This document shows, piece after piece, positions 54,365 to 64,000 of a stretch of DNA of 64,000 bases; positions within the stretch are counted from its first letter, which is position 1; every line of letters begins with the position of its first letter. A program made the translations under genes and the position numbers. The DNA is taken from assembly GCA_951406725.2 (NCBI GenBank), contig OX597826.1, forward strand, positions 39,494,001 through 39,558,000, given 5' to 3'. The notes under the pieces are model-generated. The model made no database searches. It saw only the letters and a program-made list of their open reading frames with translations, and was not told the origin of the DNA. Source of the DNA: Octopus vulgaris (taxonomy: Eukaryota).

Positions 54365-54661
54365 CTAGCAGTATTGCCCGGCGTTGCTCGGGCTTTTAAG
54401 GGAAATAACTATATAAGCATTTTTAGAGAGTTACTTCCCGTATATAATAGCAAAAAAATGCATTAAAAATGGGAAAAAATGATGGTAACTTTTTTTAAAT
54501 CGTAGACTCATCGTAGACGCGCGCTAATACCCAGAAGGGCTCGATATGAATCACGACTATAAGATACCCGATTTTGGTTAAACTGCACCGCAAAATGTGG
54601 GAGTAGTTAGGAATCTAAATCGTAGGAGACAGACACACAACTTCACTTTTATATATAAAGA
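54365..54661 (-). mobile_element. Non-autonomous Helitron (297 bp), shorter variant of 10876-11270
   Basis: Same TC and hairpin-CTAG termini, inserted in an AT dinucleotide; lacks about 98 bp of internal sequence. Confidence 0.85.
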
Positions 54662-54684
54662 TATATATATATATTTATATATAC

Positions 54685-54780
<96 letters not shown>

Positions 54781-55045
54781 CAAAGTGGCTTCTTTCAGTT
54801 TCTGTCTTCCAAATCTACTCACAAGGCTTTGGTCGGCCCGAGGCTATAACATCCTCCAGTTGGTGACTCAGCAGAGGTGATCAAATCACCGACTCATGTC
54901 CTCCTCTGTGTGTATGCGTGTATGTGTGTGCGTGCTTAGGTATAACCATACTAATAACCTGGTTTGGAACTCAATATATATAGTGATATATGGTTCAGAA
55001 AAAGTGTCTATTGTGAACAGAACGTAATAAGAAATTATGTATATA

Positions 55046-57208
55046 CTAGCAGAATGACCCGGAGTTGCCCGGGTTACTGCTGTTCTTTTTCAGATTAGTA
55101 AACAATAAATATGAAGATATTTTTTTCCTCATAATTATTTCAAAATATCTACATTTTATTATATAGAATCCAAATTGTAATGCTAATCGAATTTAGAACT
55201 GAAGATCTGTCAATCTTGAAGCACCTCAGGGTAAACATTCTTTACTGTGTAATTTTCTGCTGGTATCCAAATGAATAAATTGTTGATGCTTCCAACTCAT
55301 GAGCAAGCAATATAGAGTTGGCCGTGCAAGAAGCATGTAGTAGAGAGATTAAATCCAACTACCTTGAGGGTTTGACCGTGAGATTTGTTAACTGAAATGG
55401 CAAAACATAGTTTGACAGGAAACTAGTACCTTTTAAATTCAAATGGAACATCTGTAGGTATAGAGAAATAAAGACATTTTCTCCTTTGTGACTACCTGTT
55501 ATGATTGTTGCCTCTAGGACGCGAGACTTTATGGAATTAACAATTAAGCGAGTTCCATTACACAGGCGAAGTTGGTCAAGAGTCCTAAGCAACATAATTG
55601 GAGCAACCCAGCTATAGTGTCAAGTTATGCGGTGGCATCCCAGTGGGCTTAAGTGTGTTCAGAAATTCAGCAGGGTATTGAACAGTCAGATCTTGATCGA
55701 CTGTTGTGTCACTTGATCGAAAAGTCATTTCTGATGTATCTGTTGACTTTTGAAGAAGATCATGATTGAGTTTATCAACCATTTCATTATTTGGAGCCAG
55801 TATAGCTCTTTCACATAACCAGTTTACATCAGTGTAATTGACAGATAATTAGGAAATACTTTATCCATAACATCCATAAGAGAAAGTACCATTTGACCGC
55901 ATGTAATTTCATGTAGCTGAAGTCTTGGTTTGAATGTTAATATCCCATTACCAATTTTAAGAAGCTCCTCTGAGAATTCACCAACTGTATGATAACCTTG
56001 TAGAAGTACTCTCATGCTGCTTGTAGGTTGAATGCGATTCGGCTGTTGTTTGCAGAAGGTCGAGTCGCTGCGTAGACACTATTCTGTTATCTCGATTTTT
56101 CACCTAGTTTACAATAAAGTCAACTGTTCCAAATGAGGTCAAGTCTTTTAAGACATGCAGTACTCTATCAGTTATGGCTATATCATTCATGAAATCAAGC
56201 TACATGTTTTATACAAATGAAATGTTTCCTCAACCCGACCATCTGATGACTTTTTCTTATTAAGACGATTTGAAGAAGGACCTTTGGTTGTGTTTTTTAA
56301 ATATGCTTCGTGTCTAAAACGACTGCTTACATCAACTACGATATTGTTTTGGAAAACAATTTACAGGGTAAGTATTTTGGTATACATTGAATAAGATCAT
56401 TGCTGGACATCGTGCGATAGTCGAGATTCGAACCTTCAAATACAGTATCCAATACATCAGCATACTACCAAGTCAATATTGGCAAAATATCCATACTCAC
56501 ATATCTCTCAAATGAAACCTCATCATTTCAGAGTAATATCATTTAAGCATTTTCTATTATTGTCAATATATTATGTAATTAATAATATTTTAGCACAAAA
56601 AAATCATATCCTGGGATTCTCATTTCCAATGTTATTTTTGCAATTAAATTATACTATATTAACTTTCAAATTATGAGTTTTCATGATTTCTAGGAAAAGA
56701 ACATTCGAAATTATTGGTTTTTAGTTTACCTCAGAATCAAAATCACGTCCCATCCCACACACAAACACACACTGATGTAAAAAATAATTTCATGAAAATT
56801 GTCATTGCACAACAACAATATAGAAACAAGTGAATATTATGCAGCGAATTGAACATTTCTTTGCGGTAAATTAATTTCTGAAAATGACTGAATGTTAATT
56901 TTGTTTGATGAACATCCATACAACAGCAAACTTACAACAATAAATATTAAGATTATAAATACAAGGAGAATTGAAGTTGAAGTTAACCACACTATGTAAA
57001 ATGTGTGTTTGTGTGTGTGGCAAAGGAAAGACGGAAGATGAAATATGCGAGTGTTTATTTCTAATCACGACAATTGTTTCGACACATCTAGCATCGATTC
57101 CTTTCATTTGCCATATACCTAACGATCACTGTGAAAGTGACTGTGCTTTACCAGTTAGCTACCAGGTGTAAACCATTCGTTTTATTATCCATTATATATA
57201 TATAAAGA
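55046..57208 (-). mobile_element. Degraded Helitron with PIF1-type helicase remnant
   Basis: MLLRTLDQLRLCNGTRLIV...VLEATIITGSHKGENVFI, plus a degenerate QFP/TINKSQGQTL-type region and HGQLYIACS. Hairpin and CTAG 3' end at 55046. The 5' end (TCTTTATATATATA at 57208) is tentative. Confidence 0.85.
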
Positions 57209-57577
57209 AACCAGAAAATGGAGATAGAGATACACAAGCAAAATGGAATGTTTACAACCGTATAAAACTTTTCGTTTTTCTTCTCTACGCTCTTCTTTTT
57301 TATTTATTCTTCACTCTGGTGAAGCTCCGTGTTTCAGATCGGTTTCATTACCAAATATTCTTTTATTCTTTGATGCTTTTACTTCTTCCAGTCATTTGAC
57401 TGTGGTCATGCTGGAGCACCGCCTTCAGTCGAGCAAATCGACCCCTGGACTTATTCTTTGTAAGCATAGTACTTATTCTATCGTTTTCTTTTGCCGACCG
57501 CTAAGTTACGGTGACGTAAGCACACCAGCATCGGTTGTCAAGCGATGTTCGGGGGACAAACATCGCTTGACAACGCG

Positions 57578-57617
<40 letters not shown>

Positions 57618-58246
57618 TACATATATATATATTTATATATATATATACGACAGGCTTCTTTCAGTTTCCATCTACCAAATTTGAACTCAGAGCCATGTCG
57701 TTGGTAGGCAAGCTACTTACCACACACCCACTCCTGCGCCTATGATAAATATTTTTAGCATAACAATGTTAATACTATACAACATTGGAAGCAGAAACAG
57801 CTGTTGGATGGGATGTTATTTGTATTGAATTAATCTTCAATATTTCTCCATTTTTAAGGTGGCGAGCTGGAAAAAAACATTAGCACACCGGCTGAAATGC
57901 TTACGGTATTTTGTCTGTCTTTACGTTCTGAGTTCAAATTCTACCGAGGTCGACAGTACCTTTCATCTTTTTGGGGTCGATAGATTAAGTACCAGTTGTG
58001 TACTCACCAAAAATTTTCGCCTTGTGCCTAGAGTAGAAAAGAATATTTCTCCATGTTCTATTTCCTTTAAATGTTGATTCTTGATAACTCACATTAATTT
58101 TTGTCTTTACCTATAATTTATGGGCATAATATGCTTGCATTTGTATGCCCATGGTTAAACATAGGTAACATACCGGTAGTGTAATGGATACTTCTATCCC
58201 GAAGACGGTTATTTTAAACTCTAACTCAGCTAACCTTTCATATAAA

Positions 58247-58297
<51 letters not shown>

Positions 58298-58351
58298 ATA
58301 TTTATTTATCTAGTTTCAGCTCACGAGCTGTGGCCATGCTGGGGCACCGCC

Positions 58352-58386
<35 letters not shown>

Positions 58387-58390
<4 letters not shown>

Positions 58391-58592
58391 ATCCAAACAA
58401 GAAAGCACAAAAAAGCACAAAAAACACAACAACGCGAGGATGTGGAACAAATATAGTATTATTGGACGCTCAGGAAAGAAGGAGGGTTTAACGTTTCGAG
58501 CGAAGCTCTTCGTCGGAAACATAGGAGAAGGAAAGATCCAGAGAAGGAAAGACAGAGGAAAAAAATCGCCAACGGTACACACGCGGTCACAT
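58387..58592 (-). repeat. Penelope-LTR-like/retrozyme-like short repeat
   Basis: Copy of 12489-12657 embedded in (TA)n; related to 60000-60192. Confidence 0.65.
58486..58520 (-). ncRNA. Minimal hammerhead-like motif (variant core) inside a Penelope-LTR-like repeat
   Basis: Minus strand GTTT-CCGACGA-A-GAGC(ttc)GCTC-GAAAC-GTT-AAAC. U4C core variant, palindromic ACGT stem III. Confidence 0.5.
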
Positions 58593-59671
58593 TTTGTGTG
58601 TGTGTAACATATATATATGCTGGTGGTTCACCCCTTATGCAGAGTCTGACAACCTCTTGTACCTCTACTTTAGATCCATCATGGCGTCTGATGCGGTTGA
58701 TCTCTAAAAAGAAGAAATATGCTATATTAAATCTATGAGCGAGACACAAACAGTAGCAATACAGAATCGCATCACGTAAGGCTAGAGATGAGAGGGATGA
58801 CCTCCCCTTGCAAATACCGATCGGGCACAGAACGTGTGGAGGAGATGTCTTCCTGGAGCTATAAAAGTCAGTAGCACTGTCCTGTACAGGACGCCACACT
58901 TGGTTGGCAATCATATGTTACGATTGCGAATTGCTACTGTTTATATCTCACTCAGAGATTTAATATAGCTTTATTTCTCCTTTTTCGAGATCACTACAAC
59001 TTCAGAATATTTCGCAAAGCTTCATTAAAATGTTCATATGAAGCGAATAAATTCAAATTCGCAGCCATAATACATAATATAATGCATAATATACACGCAC
59101 ATATGCACTCAGATACACACATACATGTACATATACACATACATGTGTACATGTGGGTGTTTGTGAATATTATAAATGGTGATATTAAATTATTTACTGG
59201 GAATTACTGTTTAAATACTTTTTTGTTTTTTTTTACTATTCTTTTCGTGTGTTTCCTATATTGAAACCATTTGTGAATTCGTGTATAATTTAATTGGTAT
59301 GTGCAACATGTATTTTATTATCTGTTTACAGAAACCAATGTTCCGGGAACAGAGCGAATGGTTAACTAAAAGAAAATATTTTGACATAAATTAAATTTAA
59401 ATGTTGAAGTGAATCTAACGGTTTTTGTGTGTTTTTTTTAAACAGCTTCTAAACACCTTCCACGCAGCAATTGTTAATTTCTATTTAATTAAGTATCTAA
59501 TGCTCCAGAGTATAATTTAAACATTTTATTTTTAGCGGCATTTCTTCCGGCTCTTTACGTTCTGGGTTCAAATTCTGCCGATGTAGAATTTTCCTTTCAT
59601 CCTTTCAAGGTTGATAAAATAAGTACAGTTGTGCACGGGGGAGGGGGGTCGATTCAATCGACTAGCCCATT

Positions 59672-59835
59672 GAGTGTGTTATCAAGAAAAATCTCAGCAA
59701 AACACCAAGATGTAAAAATGAGCAAGTCAAATGAAAATATACGTAGATATTAACAAGTGAAACCATGGTTCGTAGGTAATAGTTTTCTTTTATTTCGTAT
59801 GGTGTTTTGCTGGGACTTTTCTTGAGAACACACTC
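59672..59835. mobile_element. Small MITE-like element with imperfect inverted termini of about 36 bp
   Basis: gagtgtgttatcaagaaaaatctcagcaaaacacca ... tggtgttttgctgggacttttcttgagaacacactc. Confidence 0.6.
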
Positions 59836-60095
59836 TTTGTAGTAATGGCGATTCGACGTCTATCATAGTGGTCATTCCTCTTAATTTTGTATGTAACACA
59901 ATTTGTAATTTTCGGATCTTTTAAATAGGCTAAGCCACTGGTTTTAATTGTGTGCATTTAAACACATAAGAGACCACCATAATAGGACATATATATATAT
60001 ATTGGGAAAGTTTACGAAAAAAACAAAAGACGAAGACAGGTAGTGTACAAAAACAAACAGATGTATTAGTATAACGCTCAGGAATAGAAAAAGTA

Positions 60096-60130
60096 TTTTA
60101 CGTTTCGAGCCTACGCTCTTCTACAGAAAG
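60096..60130 (-). ncRNA. Minimal hammerhead-like motif (degenerate core)
   Basis: Minus strand CTTT-CTGTAGA-A-GAGC(gtag)GCTC-GAAAC-GTA-AAA. Same architecture as 58486-58520, but A6 is substituted. Confidence 0.4.
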
Positions 60131-60190
60131 GAACACAGAAAAAACAAGGAGAGAAAAATGTATGTAGTGACTAACGATCTATCATGGCGA

Positions 60191-60246
<56 letters not shown>

Positions 60247-60980
60247 TACTTTGAAATGGATGCGTGGCGTTCAATCAAATAATAATATAAGTAATATATA
60301 TATATATGCATACTTATATATATTTACACATATGCACATATACATACATATACGTACATACATATATATGTATGTAGATATGCATATATGGATACAGGAC
60401 GTCAAAAAACGTAAACAACATGAAATACGAAAATAAAGTTGTGTACGCGAACAACGAGAGAAGCAAATGGAAAAAAAAAACAAGTAACATAAAAAACAAC
60501 GCTTCATCAGTTGTCCGCTGTCTTTCTACTCCTTATTTCGAGCATTGAACGACAATATAAGACTTTGAAGACAGATGCTCCCGTGAACCAAAATAAAATT
60601 TGGGATTTGCGGGGAATCAACGTTGGTAACAAAAACAGGACAGTGGAGACATACAAGGAAACCGAACGAACATAAACATGGAGGGTCGGTAGACTAGACG
60701 AGGTAAAGCAGTGAACGCTTGAGAAATATTGTTTTTGACATGAGAAGAGATAGAAGAGATTGATAGGAATACGTTCAGTCTGTACGACAGCACTGAAGGG
60801 AAAGAAAGATGACCACGTGAGGAAAAGAAGGATGGACGATGGTTACGTTTGAACAACCACAGAGAGTAAAGGAAGAAGAGGGGGAGAGAGCCGTTTTCTA
60901 TATGTCTCTCGCTCCCTCTTCCTCCTTTACTCTCTCTCGTTGCTCACACGTGACTATCGTCCATCTTTCTTTTTCTCACG

Positions 60981-61015
<35 letters not shown>

Positions 61016-62177
61016 ATGTATATGGATAACACAAAGTACAGAAAACTATACTAATCATAACTCGTTCCACAAATCTGGGGAAAGTAGAAAGCATTTGCAT
61101 TAACTTTCTGATATAGTTCAACAACAACGATGACGACGACGATGAAGACAACAACAACACAACTATCAAAGCTTAACCTCAGGTAAAAATAACGAAACTA
61201 CTGACTTCAAGATACATTTCATTGATCTTCATCAACATATAGAAATAATGGTATTACCTCAACAGAAATCCTCCAAATACTCCAGTAAGGTATAACAGGA
61301 TTATCTCCGCCAACGTTTCATAGCATGCATAAAAATTATGCAACCAATAAGAAGACAGCAGAGATAAGCCTCAAAAGGGCATAGCAACATATAAGAAATA
61401 GAAGATATTTAAAATAACCACAACCCACATAAAACATAGGTAAAATATCGACGTTATCAACCAAAACACAAGTTTACGAGACGGTTTTCTATGCACTTGC
61501 TCCATAATGTGGCAAAGGAACCAAACAAATATCTCTCGAATTACATCTTACTATCTTTCAAAAAACGAAAAGACGCAATTATCACGACTGAGATACATTT
61601 GATCATACTCTTGTTCAGTCAGGGTTGATCTGGGTCTGTACCACAATCTGATAGTCCTACTCGTCTACACACCTAAAGTGGGATTCCCTCCAAAAATCTG
61701 AAACGTCATCAGTGGGAAAGACATTATCAGAGACTACATATCCTACTATCAAGATAATACAGTTAACATAAGAGGTGATATAACATTAGCGTGCCAGCAA
61801 GGAAGCTTCTACGCAGTTGCTATTTGAATGAATCTCTTGCTTACCGTCTTAAAAATAGTTCCTTTAATACAATGCCAAATCTTCCTAAATACTGTTTCAT
61901 TGTCTTAAAAACAGTTACATATACAAGATAATCTAGCACTGAATATAACATGCTAGAAAAAGACAAAGTAGTTATGCATAGAATGTTGTTTGAACGACAA
62001 TTTATCAACGCATAGATCTATCTCTTTATACTGAACACTATCGGAGAATAAGCAGAAGCTGTATAGCTGCCTGAAAGAAATCCCTACACAACGCTAGTAA
62101 AGTTCTTGAAAAGTACTCAAAATAGTAACAAATGTCCACCATTTGCAATACCTAAAAATATGCATTACTTGAATAAT

Positions 62178-62518
62178 ACCACCACCACCACCACCACCAC
62201 CACCACCACCACCACCACCACCACCACCACAATCACCACCACCACCACCACCACCACCACCACCATCACCACCACCACCACCACCACCACCACCACCACC
62301 ACCAACACTATCACCACCACCACCACCATCACCACCACCACCACCACCACCATCACCACCACCACCACCACCACCAAACCACCGCCATCACCACCACCAC
62401 CACCACCACCAAACCACCGCCACCACCACCACCACCACCACCACCACCACCACCACCACCACCACCACCACCACCACCACCAACAACAACAACAATAACA
62501 ACAACAACAACAACAACA
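62178..62518. repeat. About 340-bp (CAC)n tract grading into (CAA)n
   Basis: Direct reading. Confidence 0.95.
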
Positions 62519-63007
62519 GTGACAACGAGCATAGCTTTTAAAACCTGGACGTACCATCTTCCGCCAAAATAACATAGGTCCTCACAGAATGCATTTAAAA
62601 ATAAACGTTTCATTCACTAAAGCTTTGCGAACATGACACAAATAATCTAAAAATGCTGCGATACAACGCTAGCAGCATTATAATATTTTTATGGAACTAA
62701 ATGCTTTTACCATCATTCACGACATATGATATAGCAATAATTCGGGAATCATCCTTACTACCAGAACACCACCGTTCCAGATTATGCACAAATGAGACTG
62801 GACAGTCCCCTGCAACAATATGGGTGGTCTTATACACGAAAAAGCTTTCATTCAGTAATGTAAACATCGGAAATGACTTTCATAAACTAATAGGGAGCAA
62901 TATTATTATAGCGATAAGGCTTTCATGAAGCGCACTCATGAACACAACCACATACATATATGTGTATATATGTGTGTGTGTGTGTGTATATATATATGTG
63001 TGTGTAG

Positions 63008-63392
63008 TGGAGGCGCAATGGCCCAGTGGTTAGGGCAGCGGACTCGCGGTCATAGGATCGCGGTTTCGATTCCCAGACCGGGCGTTGTGAGTGTTTATTG
63101 AGCGAAAACACCTAAAAGCTCCACGAGGCTCCGGCAGGGGATGGTGGTGATCCCTGCTGTGCTCTTTCACCACAACTTTCTCTCACTCTTACTTCCTGTT
63201 TCTGTTGTACCTGTATTTCAAAGGGCCGGCCTAGTCACTCTCTGTGTCACGCTGAATATCCCCGAGAACTACGTTAAGGGTACACGTGTCTGTGGAGTGC
63301 TCAGCCACTTACACGTTAATTTCACGAGCAGGCTGTTCCGTTGATTCGGATCAACCGGAACCCTCATCGTCGTAACCGACGGAGTGCTTCCA
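63008..63392 (+). mobile_element. Full-length tRNA(Arg)-like SINE, family A, body type 1
   Basis: Near-identical to 2609-2992. Confidence 0.88.
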
Positions 63393-63635
63393 CATATATG
63401 TGTGAGTTTGTGTATGCATATGGTTAAACGTGGTTACGTGACAGCAATAATAGCCATCTTTTATATGTTTCAGTCAGTCATTAGATAGCGGCCATGTTGG
63501 GGCATTCTCTTGTGCAATTTGTTCAGCTTAGTACTTATTCTAGCGGCTTCTAAGCCGAACTGCTAAGTTACGGGAACGTAAACACAACACGGTTTTCACG
63601 CGGTAGTGGGGACAAACACAGACGCACCCACCATG

Positions 63636-63666
<31 letters not shown>

Positions 63667-63680
63667 GCGTGTGTATGTAT

Positions 63681-63732
<52 letters not shown>

Positions 63733-63849
63733 TTATTGATATTTAGCAGAAGCAATAGAGTGCCTCAAGGTCGAAGAGTTTCGTGTGTTGGCACTTACCA
63801 AACTAGTTCCTGTACTAGTTATTTCCTGGATTAGATATGTTAAGTAAGG

Positions 63850-64000
63850 AAATAACTTATTTACATAGGTTTTTAACATCATCTTCTTTGACGTAGTCTC
63901 CTTGTGCAGCAGCAAACCGGTCCAAGCCTTCCTGCCAGTTTTGGAATCCGGCCTGAAAGTCGTTTTCCGTAATACAAGTCAAGGACCTTCTGCATTTCGC
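63850..64000 (-). mobile_element. 3' fragment of a mariner element running off the window
   Basis: Minus strand ...ITENDFQAGFQNWQE...DRFAAAQGDYVKEDDVK, homologous to 44040-44225. Confidence 0.65.

Noticed and set aside
61668-61712. Degenerate hammerhead-like strings (also 43525-43565 on the minus strand)
   Set aside because: The core is too mutated to distinguish from chance.
62106-62613. Poly-Thr/His/Val/Gly ORFs resembling mucin or His-rich proteins
   Set aside because: Simple (CAC)n repeat, open in many frames, with no splice or domain context.

Overview
AT-rich, microsatellite-dense eukaryotic DNA. The SINE families resemble those I recall from octopus (coleoid cephalopod) genomes; this is an inference, not a database result. 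The only host gene I can support is the 3' part of a + strand Cys-loop ligand-gated anion channel subunit (glycine-receptor/GluCl-like). It has an exon encoding loop C-TM1-TM2-TM3 (20069-20442) and a terminal TM4 exon (23908-24078). I found no ligand-binding-domain exons in the 20 kb upstream. The rest is a mosaic of degraded mobile elements: mariner/Tc1/maT/rosa-like, piggyBac, a Merlin-like MITE pair, Helitrons, Gypsy pol, RTE/R4-type LINEs, Penelope-like elements and three SINE families. Most ORFs in the supplied track are microsatellite or SINE artefacts. The most interesting signals are structural. (1) Several hammerhead-ribozyme-like motifs with palindromic stem III, one with a fully canonical core at 27879-27919 in the sense of the channel gene. 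(2) A near-perfect 277-bp hairpin 112 nt downstream of the pore-encoding exon, plus a larger inverted-MITE stem upstream, both candidate ADAR-recruiting dsRNA. (3) Unusual pore residues (6' Leu, 15' Arg on an AGA codon, 19' Ile).
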